Part shown: piece by piece, positions 27,525-34,706 of the stretch
Numbering within the stretch: position 1 is the first letter of the stretch
How the letters are laid out: each line of letters begins with the position of its first letter
Source of the DNA: a virus
Lineage: Duplodnaviria; Caudoviricetes
DNA length: 44,207 bases
Virus record (IMG/VR): IMGVR_UViG_3300023214_000447
Coordinates: 1-44,207 of that record
Reading direction: 5' to 3' (one strand)
Notes under the pieces: model-generated
The model's input: only the letters and a program-made list of their open reading frames with translations
Database searches by the model: none
Told to the model about the DNA's origin: nothing
Program-made: the position numbers and the translations under genes

Positions 27525-27630
27525 AGGTTTTGACTCCTTGGCTGGAGCACACTCGGCTCTAGGTCCTCGTTGAGTGGCCACGCGCTCCGCACCCCAGAGA
27601 AAGGCAAGGGTCCTGCTGCACCCGCACAGG

Positions 27631-27678
27631 GAACATGTCCATGTTCTCGATCGTGCTTCACTTGTCAATCTTTTGACA
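27631..27678 (-). promoter_or_regulatory. Two palindromes over a putative leftward promoter
   Basis: TGTCA-N6-TGACA 27663-27678 containing TTGACA; GAACATG-N2-CATGTTC 27631-27646. Confidence 0.5.
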
Positions 27679-27712
27679 GGCTTGAGCGCAAGATACTGAC
27701 CTAACGTTTTCT

Positions 27713-27819
27713 ATTTGGGACTCTCAATCTAACCTGAAGTCCCATTTCCATTTGGGACTCTCAATCTAACCTGAAGTCCCATTTCCATTTGGGACTCTCA
27801 ATCTAACCTGAAGTCCCAT
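27713..27819. repeat. 37-bp tandem repeat x2.9 with internal 7-bp inverted repeat
   Basis: ATTTGGGACTCTCAATCTAACCTGAAGTCCCATTTCC starting at 27713, 27750, 27787 (last copy 33 bp). Confidence 0.95.
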
Positions 27820-27934
27820 ACCTCGGGAACAACTCCATGTCCTCGAAACACTCCAAACAATACACGTCCCCTGTCTCCTCATCTTCCAAGAGTTCCTGAA
27901 TCAACACCAATCCGCATGCCTGACACTCCCTCAT
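27803..27934 (-). CDS. Small Zn-finger protein
   Basis: CQAC..CLEC; SD GGAGG; stop lies inside the repeat. Confidence 0.6.
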   Translation of the reverse strand: MRECQACGLVLIQELLEDEETGDVYCLECFEDMELFPRYGTSG

Positions 27935-28158
27935 GGGCTTCCCTCCTCTTTGGCTGGCTCTGTATCCGGCACGATATCCTTTTCCCAAAACCCAGCCAGC
28001 GAAAAATCGAAGGGGTTCTCATCCAGTGCCACCAGATACCGTGGCACTCCGTAGCACAACTCTAAACCCATGATGGTCCCTGCTCGTGTGCCATAGAGGC
28101 CTGTCTGCACCATCACACGTTGTCCCATAGATCGGCGTGGCTCATTCTTCGATGCCAT
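27931..28158 (-). CDS. Hypothetical protein
   Basis: SD GGAGG; ATGA coupling. Confidence 0.55.
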   Translation of the reverse strand: MASKNEPRRSMGQRVMVQTGLYGTRAGTIMGLELCYGVPRYLVALDENPFDFSLAGFWEKDIVPDTEPAKEEGSP

Positions 28159-28711
28159 AGCGTGTCCCTCCATCAAGTAAAATCAGCCGTTGCCCTGGTT
28201 TGGTTTTTGGTGGCCCGATCACAATTTCTTCGTCGTTGATCTTCTGTCCCACGGCTAACACGATATCCTCATACCCATGATCCTGGTAATACCGGATGGC
28301 ATGCCCCAGGCTCCGAAAGTGATTTGTGCCGGTCATGGTTGTGTGGTGATTTAGGTTCATCCTTCTTCCCTCTTCCCTCCCTTCCACTCGTTCAAGAATC
28401 TCTGTAATCTGCCTGATGACCTCGTCCAAATCGTTCGGCAAGACACCATGCTCATGGATTCCTTCCGCTTTGGCTTTGCTCAACCAGGGCAAGGCCCTCG
28501 ATAAGAGTTGACGCATCTCGTCAAAGTTATTGACAGCTTTCAGAATCAAGGCAGCATTGGCCCGAGCCACCGGACCAAACTCATTGGCCTCACGCTTTCC
28601 GTGTCCAGGGTTAAAAACCAGTCCCACACACTCTGGCAACCCATCCCGTTTTCCGACAATCACATTGCCTGTCCTGAGTAGTTCCCAGGGTGTCGCCGTG
28701 TGTTCGCTCAT
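28142..28711 (-). CDS. Hypothetical protein, probably in-frame fusion of two small genes
   Basis: HTATPW...ANAALILKAVN N-part; internal purine-rich SD and ATG at 28360. Confidence 0.6.
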   Translation of the reverse strand: MSEHTATPWELLRTGNVIVGKRDGLPECVGLVFNPGHGKREANEFGPVARANAALILKAVNNFDEMRQLLSRALPWLSKAKAEGIHEHGVLPNDLDEVIRQITEILERVEGREEGRRMNLNHHTTMTGTNHFRSLGHAIRYYQDHGYEDIVLAVGQKINDEEIVIGPPKTKPGQRLILLDGGTRYGIEE

Positions 28712-28715
28712 GATG

Positions 28716-29372
28716 TCACCTTCCCTTCCTTTCCTCTCCCTCATAGCACGTTTCCACGTCCCAGTTTTTCCTTAATCGCTCTACCCATTGCGCCAAAACG
28801 GGTCGTTGCTGGATTCCTGGATTTTCCGTTGCCAGCGGTGCCAGTATTATCCGTAAATCACCGGCTGTCCACGACATCGCGCTCAGTGGCTCATGAGGCA
28901 ATTCCAGAATGATTGCGCGTTCCCCTTTCGCCGCGTTCCCGATTAATTCCAGGTCCGCCGGGTTCAGTGCAACCCGGTACGCCGGTTCTTCAGTCGGAAT
29001 GACTTTGTCAACATAGGGGTATTGATCCCCGACACCTGAGGCTCCAGGGTGTGGGGGAATGTGTGGCATTTTCGCAATCGATGGAATCGTTTCGTCCGTA
29101 AAGTACACTCGCCCATTCCCCTCTGTTCGCTCTGTATCCACTGATACTGCCAGCTTTTTCTTATCCCATCCTTTCAGCGCACGTTGGACATCTCGGCCAT
29201 TCAGCAACGCATCAAGTCCGGTCCCTTCCGGGACCGATTGAATCGCCAGATAGTGGCCATTCGTGGTCAGTATCCGTGTGGGCTCCACTTTCACCGTATC
29301 GAGCACCGTTCGTGATTGCGTGAAATCGACACATTTAGCTACCTTGGCTAACTGTTTCCGTTCAATTGGCAT
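28716..29372 (-). CDS. Sliding-clamp (DnaN)-like domain protein
   Basis: SRTVLDTV...ILTTNGHYLA resembles clamp R..L.GV...ATDGHRL; YPYVDKVIP; VALNP..L; ILAP. Confidence 0.55.
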   Translation of the reverse strand: MPIERKQLAKVAKCVDFTQSRTVLDTVKVEPTRILTTNGHYLAIQSVPEGTGLDALLNGRDVQRALKGWDKKKLAVSVDTERTEGNGRVYFTDETIPSIAKMPHIPPHPGASGVGDQYPYVDKVIPTEEPAYRVALNPADLELIGNAAKGERAIILELPHEPLSAMSWTAGDLRIILAPLATENPGIQQRPVLAQWVERLRKNWDVETCYEGEERKGR

Positions 29373-29387
29373 GGTCCCACCCCCCTG

Positions 29388-29583
29388 TTAGTTTGGTGTT
29401 CGCTCTCCTGTTTCATTGATCATGGCCAACCGGCGGATATCTGTCCAGGCGTCCTCATTGGATGCCGCCCAAGACGGGATCTTCTCTAATGAGGGATCGC
29501 TTGCCTGATAAATGAGTGCCGCAGCTGCCGCGGTGCCGAGTTGCTCTTCTAGCGATTTGCCAGAAGAGCCCGCCAACACCACT
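29388..29583 (-). pseudogene. Orphan C-terminal segment, likely of the pentapeptide-repeat protein family
   Basis: VVLAGSSGKSLEEQLGTAAAAALIYQAS...SNEDAWTDIRRLA without own start; family assignment from recollection. Confidence 0.55.
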
Positions 29584-29750
29584 GAGGGTGTCGACAGAGA
29601 ACGTATCTTGCGCCCCATAGGAGCCCGGGCATTCACTCTCGAATTCCCCATGCGCTTCCTTATCGGCTTTGGCCTTCTCCAGGGCCACCACTTGGGCTTC
29701 CGTCAACACCAGCCCCTCTTGGGCCACCTTGGCCTCGAGTCGCGCCCACC
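29571..29750 (-). mobile_element. Degenerate internal fragment of IS481-family transposase
   Basis: [56 protein letters not shown] matches the IS481 segment up to the first catalytic Asp. Confidence 0.8.
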
Positions 29751-29761
29751 TTTTGATTTGT

Positions 29762-29816
29762 CGAATCCGGCTAGCCAGGGGCTCCCGTGAGAGCCCGAGG
29801 CTAGCGGGACTATCAC
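29762..29816. repeat. 55-bp hairpin element, copy 1
   Basis: CGAATCCGGCTAGCC-AG-GGGCTC-loop-GAGCCC-GA-GGCTAGCGGGACTATCAC. Confidence 0.85.
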
Positions 29817-29927
29817 ATATCTATTTGGTTCCCGTCTCAACCCGTACCACTTGGATCGTTGGGGCATGCTCACCTGATTCTTCCTCGTTGGCGTTGCACG
29901 CGTCCGCCCAGTCTCGCCCTATCTGCA

Positions 29928-30359
29928 TCAGCGTGTCCGACGCCGCAATAGTTGCGAGATCCTGCCATCCTGGAGATTTTGGGGTATGCCCTCCCCCTCG
30001 ACACTCGGGAGGAGCGCCTCGTAAATTTGAAGGTGTATATTTTCAACAGTGGGGATATCCTCCCCGAGATCCGCACCCTGGAGCTTCGCACCCTGGAGCT
30101 GCGCACCATGGAGATTCACACCCTCGAGCTTCGCGCCCTGGAGATCCGCATCCCGGAGATCCGCACCCTGGAGCTGCGCACCATGGAGATTCACACCCTC
30201 GAGCTTCGCGCCCTGGAGATCCGCACCCCGGAGATCCGCATCCTGGAGCTGCGCACCCCGGAGGTCCGCACCATTTCGGACGGCAGATTCGACACTGGCT
30301 CTCAGGTGCGCATGAGTATCCTCCCAGATCAGTTCCTGATTCTTTTTTAAGATTTGCAT
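29928..30359 (-). CDS. Pentapeptide-repeat protein, apparently C-terminally disrupted
   Basis: 14 [10 protein letters not shown]-type repeats, 75-bp internal duplication (30091 vs 30166), SD AAGGAG. Confidence 0.9.
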   Translation of the reverse strand: MQILKKNQELIWEDTHAHLRASVESAVRNGADLRGAQLQDADLRGADLQGAKLEGVNLHGAQLQGADLRDADLQGAKLEGVNLHGAQLQGAKLQGADLGEDIPTVENIHLQIYEALLPSVEGEGIPQNLQDGRISQLLRRRTR

Positions 30360-30416
30360 GGCTGTTCTCCTTCCTCTTCAAAGTTAACGATTCCGCCGGT
30401 TTTCCATTTCTAAAAA

Positions 30417-30653
30417 CTACCAGTCGAACGCGGTGCAAATTGGGCCACACCCCGCCCGCTCGCAATCATGCTCCCTCAGCTCTCGTAGAAATCGTGTACC
30501 CCCCTCTCGTTTCCGGGTCGTCCATCCAGCTCTTGGCGGCGCCCCTGCCGCCAGTTCCCGGCACCGTGGGCAATTCGAGTCGTAGCGCCCGAAAATCCGG
30601 GTACACGTATCCGAGTGCCGGATACCTCCTGTTTGTCTCGTTTTCCATGCCAT
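30417..30653 (-). CDS. Small His/Cys-rich phage protein
   Basis: SD AGGAGG; HSDTC..FGR...CPRC..HDC..C..ICTAFDW. Confidence 0.75.
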   Translation of the reverse strand: MAWKTRQTGGIRHSDTCTRIFGRYDSNCPRCRELAAGAPPRAGWTTRKREGGTRFLRELREHDCERAGCGPICTAFDW

Positions 30654-30682
30654 GGTCGCCTCCTGGGTAGTGTGTGTTTTGG

Positions 30683-30737
30683 CGAATCCGGCTAGCCTAG
30701 GGCTCCAGTGGGAGCCCCTGGCTAGCAGGACAATCAC
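30683..30737. repeat. 55-bp hairpin element, copy 2
   Basis: CGAATCCGGCTAGCC-TA-GGGCTCC-AGTG-GGAGCCC-CT-GGCTAGCAGGACAATCAC. Confidence 0.85.
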
Positions 30738-30938
30738 TCACCTAACTATCCCGCATCGGCACGAAGCCACTCCGCACAAAGCTTTTTCGACCCGGCGGAG
30801 CCGTTGCCGTCCTGCCTCTGATCTATTAGCATCGCATTGGATCTCCAACCAAGCCTCATATGGGTCTGTACAATGGCTAATCACGGATACCTGAGTGCGG
30901 TGGAAACTATTGTGTAGTTGGACTTTGCTCTTTTTCAT
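30738..30938 (-). CDS. Small phage protein
   Basis: SD GGGAGG; LHNSFH.T and LCGVASCRCG motifs. Confidence 0.7.
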   Translation of the reverse strand: MKKSKVQLHNSFHRTQVSVISHCTDPYEAWLEIQCDANRSEAGRQRLRRVEKALCGVASCRCGIVR

Positions 30939-30973
30939 GGTCTTGCCTCCCTTATTAGTCTGATTAGTGATAG

Positions 30974-31132
30974 CTAAAAATTCCATGCCGTGATGGTGGC
31001 ATCCTTGGATACCATTTTTTTTGCCTCTCGAAGTCCAGCCACCTCATACCTCTGGATCTCTGTGTGGATCTCTGGTGTCCGAGAGATGATTAGCTGGCCC
31101 TTGCCCCGGATTTTGAAAAAGTGTGCATACAT
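30974..31132 (-). CDS. First gene of leftward operon (52 aa), not in ORF track
   Basis: SD AAGGAGG; MYAHFFKIRGKGQLII...TAWNF. Confidence 0.7.
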   Translation of the reverse strand: MYAHFFKIRGKGQLIISRTPEIHTEIQRYEVAGLREAKKMVSKDATITAWNF

Positions 31133-31175
31133 GGCCTCGCCCTCCTTGATTAGTAATAAATTCTATTATTTATCT

Positions 31176-31191
31176 AGCAAGCCGCATGCCA
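31176..31191 (-). promoter_or_regulatory. Sigma54 (-24/-12) promoter, leftward
   Basis: Minus strand TGGCATGCGGCTTGCT, GG-N10-GC, about 45 bp upstream of ATG 31132. Confidence 0.8.
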
Positions 31192-31207
31192 AATTCCTAG
31201 AACCACA

Positions 31208-31220
31208 TAAGTTGTTGAAA
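31208..31220 (-). promoter_or_regulatory. IHF-like site
   Basis: TTTCAACAACTTA, one mismatch to WATCAANNNNTTR; similar site at 31307-31319. Confidence 0.6.
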
Positions 31221-31266
31221 TATAAGGATAAGCAATGATATTTGTCTAAGGTTTTTTCGCCTGGAC

Positions 31267-31376
31267 TGTCAAAAATCTGACACGGGTAAACCCCTAGAAA
31301 TTGGCATAAACCATTGAAATAATTAAAGAATATGCATCAGTCAAAATTTTGACGCCACTGTCAATATTTTGACAGT
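31267..31376. promoter_or_regulatory. Three GTCA-N6-TGAC palindromes (enhancer/operator candidates)
   Basis: 31267-31282 TGTCAAAAATCTGACA; 31340-31353 GTCAAAATTTTGAC; 31357-31376 ACTGTCAATATTTTGACAGT. Confidence 0.8.
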
Positions 31377-31385
31377 AGATTTTAT

Positions 31386-31401
31386 TGGCACAAACTTTGC
31401 T
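31386..31401 (+). promoter_or_regulatory. Sigma54 (-24/-12) promoter, rightward
   Basis: TGGCACAAACTTTGCT matches TGGCAC-N5-TTGCW. Confidence 0.75.
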
Positions 31402-31501
31402 CTTTAAGATATATAAGATATATATATATTCTTCTTAGGACTCGGTCTTCAAACGATTTTACTTGACATCGGATTTTAATAAGTTTCCAATTATAATTAC
31501 T

Positions 31502-31870
31502 ATGGCGGAGTATTTTGGACTCAAGGCTATCGCGCAAAGGATGGGATACAGGAGTGAAGCATCTATCTATAGAAGTTTGATGCCTCAAGGCTTTCCGATG
31601 TTCAAGAAGCGAAAACCCGGCGCGCCACGGTTTACGCAATACCCCTGGTATACCAATGATGATATGATTCTGGCCTGGGAACTGTCCCAGGCTAAGATAC
31701 ATTGCGAGGCATTCCAGTCTGAGTGCGAGGAAAAAAAGAATTGGATGGCCAAGGCGTGGGATCGCCAGAGGATTGCCCAAGGGTCACGATTAGTCCCAAC
31801 CAGGATAGGCATCCATTCAGGTCCTAAAAAGCCCAAAAAGCCAAAAGAGCCCGAGGCCAATGTCGGATAA
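31502..31870 (+). CDS. AlpA/excisionase-like HTH DNA-binding protein
   Basis: GLKAIAQRMG..SEASIYR...GFP...ILAW; no SD, TATAAT just upstream. Confidence 0.6.
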   Translation: MAEYFGLKAIAQRMGYRSEASIYRSLMPQGFPMFKKRKPGAPRFTQYPWYTNDDMILAWELSQAKIHCEAFQSECEEKKNWMAKAWDRQRIAQGSRLVPTRIGIHSGPKKPKKPKEPEANVG

Positions 31871-31895
31871 CATCCATTATGTCAAATGCCTTTAT

Positions 31896-32030
31896 TATCA
31901 ACCACTTACAGAAACCCTTTAACCTATTGATTGTAAAGGGAATAGGGGATTTGCCTAAATTATGGGCAGTAGGGGAGTAGCCGGTATGGGTAGGGGAGTC
32001 GGTGCAGGAAAGGGTAGGGGGGAGGGGGGT
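31896..32030 (+). other. Two consensus IHF sites plus G-run tract; candidate packaging/terminus region
   Basis: TATCAACCACTTA 31896-31908; AATCAATAGGTTA (minus) 31920-31932; GTAGGGGAGT x2; GGGTAGGGGGGAGGGGGG. Confidence 0.45.
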
Positions 32031-32148
32031 GCCTTTGCCTTCGATGCGGTTGCTTCTGCTAATCCCCTCCGAAACGCGCGTGACGACTCTAAAGGTCTTC
32101 ATAGGTAGTAATACGTATACAATGGAAGGGAGAGGATGATGACGAGCC

Positions 32149-33036
32149 ATGAAACTTTTCGATGAAATTTATCACCGATATTGCCGTGGACGTGATGTGC
32201 CATTGATTTTGGCAGATAATGTGGCGCGGTATTATTGGGAACTGAGCAACAAGGAAATCTGGGATTTAGGCACGGATTTTCCTGGTTGTCGAGCGCCATT
32301 CAAGGAAACGGCGGTGGAATTTAAGAATCCACGGACGGTCTGGTCATCTGAAAAAGGAAGATATAGGATGGATGCCGCCGTCCCGGATCATGTGGTCGTC
32401 CTGGTCAGGCAACGCGCCATTCCAGGGTCACGTGACCTGAATCTGTTATGTGCCGTGGTTCCGCAGGGAAGTCCGTATTTTCTGAGTAAACACATTAATG
32501 TGTTTATGCTGTTACGGCAAACGGAGGATGGACAAATCATCCCGCATCCGGATGGAGGGTTTGATGCCACGTCCGTTCAGCCAGAAGCATTACAATACGT
32601 GAGGCCGTTTTGCCATCAAGGAACGACTGATGGTGAATTGGGACAGATATTTCAGGGGCTCGCAAGATCTTTTGTCCATATTACCCTTCTCACGTTCACC
32701 TTTATGAATTGCCGTAATGTGGACGTGAAGGCCCATGCGATTCCGGAACGGTTGGCGAAAAAACATCTGAAGCAGCATGGATTGACCAGCCATAAGTATT
32801 ATGTGCTGGAAATTGATTCGTTAACGCGGCGCGTGAAAGCCTTGCGTCAATCTGGCGAAGCCTCAACAAAAGGCCAGGCCTTACATTTATGCCGTGGCCA
32901 TTTTAAGACGTTTACGGTGCAGAAGCCATTATTAGGGAAGCATGTCGGGACGTATTGGTGGGATCATCAGGTCAGGGGATCAGCGGACGAGGGCACGATT
33001 CACAAAGATTATCAGGTGAAAGCAGGTGTCTCATGA
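32149..33036 (+). CDS. Conserved-type phage protein of unknown function
   Basis: 295 aa; C-terminal LHLCRGHF...YWW...VRG motif. Confidence 0.8.
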   Translation: MKLFDEIYHRYCRGRDVPLILADNVARYYWELSNKEIWDLGTDFPGCRAPFKETAVEFKNPRTVWSSEKGRYRMDAAVPDHVVVLVRQRAIPGSRDLNLLCAVVPQGSPYFLSKHINVFMLLRQTEDGQIIPHPDGGFDATSVQPEALQYVRPFCHQGTTDGELGQIFQGLARSFVHITLLTFTFMNCRNVDVKAHAIPERLAKKHLKQHGLTSHKYYVLEIDSLTRRVKALRQSGEASTKGQALHLCRGHFKTFTVQKPLLGKHVGTYWWDHQVRGSADEGTIHKDYQVKAGVS

Positions 33037-33461
33037 ACGAAAACGATCGTGAGTATGCAAATAAGGTGTTTAATCAGGCGATGAGTGCATTGACCGGTGG
33101 GTTTAATGCGGAGTTGGCCGAGGAGGTCAGTGAGAAGGGCTTGAAGTTGTTGACGAAGGAATTGCAGCGGGCGGAGGAGGCACCGGATGAGAAGGACGTG
33201 AAGTGTCCGGAATGTAAGGCGGTGGTGAGTGTCCCGCTGTCGGTGACGGAACGGAGTAAGGGGTTGTCGAATATTTCGGCGATGTTGGATAAGGTGGTCA
33301 GGTTGGGACAGTTGGTGAAGGGGCAACCGGACGGGCATATGAAGGTGAGCGGGGTGCCGATGCAAGCCTCAGTGTTACAGGGGTTGAAGCCGTGGCAGTT
33401 TGAACAGGTGTGTACCTGGGTCGAGGAGAATGAGCGAGAGTTGGAGCGGGAAGAGGCCTAG
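33033..33461 (+). CDS. Candidate terminase small subunit
   Basis: Helical 142 aa with CPEC, upstream of terminase; function from position only. Confidence 0.5.
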   Translation: MNENDREYANKVFNQAMSALTGGFNAELAEEVSEKGLKLLTKELQRAEEAPDEKDVKCPECKAVVSVPLSVTERSKGLSNISAMLDKVVRLGQLVKGQPDGHMKVSGVPMQASVLQGLKPWQFEQVCTWVEENERELEREEA

Positions 33462-33641
33462 GTGGACATTCGCATTGGCTATAACGAGGTGATGCTGGAT
33501 AGTCAAGGACAGCCCATGGAATGGGAATGGGCGACGATTCCCTTGCGGGTGTGTTATGATCCGGGACGGGATACGTTCTTTGTGTATGACCAGTCGGCAA
33601 AGGAATGGAAGGAGCGGTTTCATGCTCGGCATGGTGGATGA
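33462..33641 (+). CDS. Small hypothetical protein (59 aa), not in ORF track
   Basis: GTG start abutting previous stop, SD GAGG. Confidence 0.45.
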   Translation: MDIRIGYNEVMLDSQGQPMEWEWATIPLRVCYDPGRDTFFVYDQSAKEWKERFHARHGG

Positions 33642-33666
33642 AATCCTGATGGAGTGTGCCTCCTAA

Positions 33667-34416
33667 ATGGCCGTGGCCTCCCCCAAAACCCGTCTCCAAT
33701 ATACCCGTCGTCTCACGGAGCAGGAACGGGCGCGGCGGGATGCCCACTGGTTTATTTTCGGATCCGGCCTCAAGACCAAGGATGAACACGATCTGGAGCA
33801 GCCCGTCAAACCCATGCCGGATAAGCTGTATATGCGGGCCACCCTTGATACGCTCCTGGTCTCAGGAGGACTGTTGGAGGTCAAGGACGCGATCTGGGCG
33901 GAACGGGCGGGCTTTTCGCAGGAGTGGCTGGAGGCCTGTGCGAATTCCGGCCTCTGCTTTATTGAAAAATCCCGTCAGGTCATGGTGTCGTGGCTGGTCT
34001 GTGCCTATTTGCTGTGGCGGGCCAAATATCGTGACCATCAACTCATTCTCGTCCAGTCGAAAAAAGAGGACGATGCGGCGGCATTGGTCTTTGTGAAAGA
34101 GCCACACTTTGGCCGGATGAGTTTCATGGAAACGCACCTGCCGAAACACCTGCAAACCGTCCTGTTCCCTCGGGGAGGCTCCTACTGCCGGTTGTTCTTC
34201 CCCAACAGTTCACAAATCTGGGGCATTCCCGAAGGCGGGGACATTATCCGCTCACAAACCCCCTCGGTCGTCTTTTCAGATGAAGCGGCCTTTCAACCGG
34301 AATTCGGCAATGCCTATACGGCGGCGCTGCCCTGTATTAAAGGCGGAGGCCAGTTTATTGCGGCCAGTAGCGCCAATCCAGGGGCCTTTGCCGACATTGT
34401 GGAGGCGTCGCGATGA
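33667..34416 (+). CDS. Terminase large subunit, ATPase domain only
   Basis: IEKSRQVMVSW (Walker A-like), VVFSDEAAF (Walker B), SSANPG. Confidence 0.85.
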   Translation: MAVASPKTRLQYTRRLTEQERARRDAHWFIFGSGLKTKDEHDLEQPVKPMPDKLYMRATLDTLLVSGGLLEVKDAIWAERAGFSQEWLEACANSGLCFIEKSRQVMVSWLVCAYLLWRAKYRDHQLILVQSKKEDDAAALVFVKEPHFGRMSFMETHLPKHLQTVLFPRGGSYCRLFFPNSSQIWGIPEGGDIIRSQTPSVVFSDEAAFQPEFGNAYTAALPCIKGGGQFIAASSANPGAFADIVEASR

Positions 34417-34655
34417 AGCCCGTGCGCTGTCTGTTCGGCTGGCATTGGGTCACGGGGTATGAGGAAGAAACGTTCGATGTGGATCAGGGGTATGCGTTTT
34501 ATCTGCGTGAGGCGTGGTGCCCGTGGTGTCGGACACGCAATGAACGGCTGTCCACGATACGAATGCGTCCGATGACCAATCAGGAAATACTGTTGTGGAA
34601 GGCTCGGGCCATTCTGGCCAGGGACATCGTGTCCGACGATGAAGACGCACCATGA
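34413..34655 (+). CDS. Small protein between terminase halves
   Basis: ATGA overlap, SD GGAGG; CLFGWHW...CPWC. Confidence 0.6.
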   Translation: MKPVRCLFGWHWVTGYEEETFDVDQGYAFYLREAWCPWCRTRNERLSTIRMRPMTNQEILLWKARAILARDIVSDDEDAP

Positions 34656-34706
34656 AGCGGTCCCCAGCATCAAGGCGGCGTCTGCGACACAACGGGAGAG
34701 GGATGG

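Noticed and set aside
27713-27819. CRISPR array
   Set aside because: No unique spacers and no cas genes; kept only as a tandem repeat.
29571-29750. Active insertion sequence
   Set aside because: Only an internal degenerate fragment; no terminal inverted repeats or complete DDE triad.
29669-30670. 333-aa + strand ORF with PGDPHPG repeats and other overlapping frames
   Set aside because: Shadow frames of the minus-strand pentapeptide repeat.
31302-31317. Third sigma54 promoter (TGGCATAAACCATTGA)
   Set aside because: No GC at the -12 position; better read as an IHF-like site.
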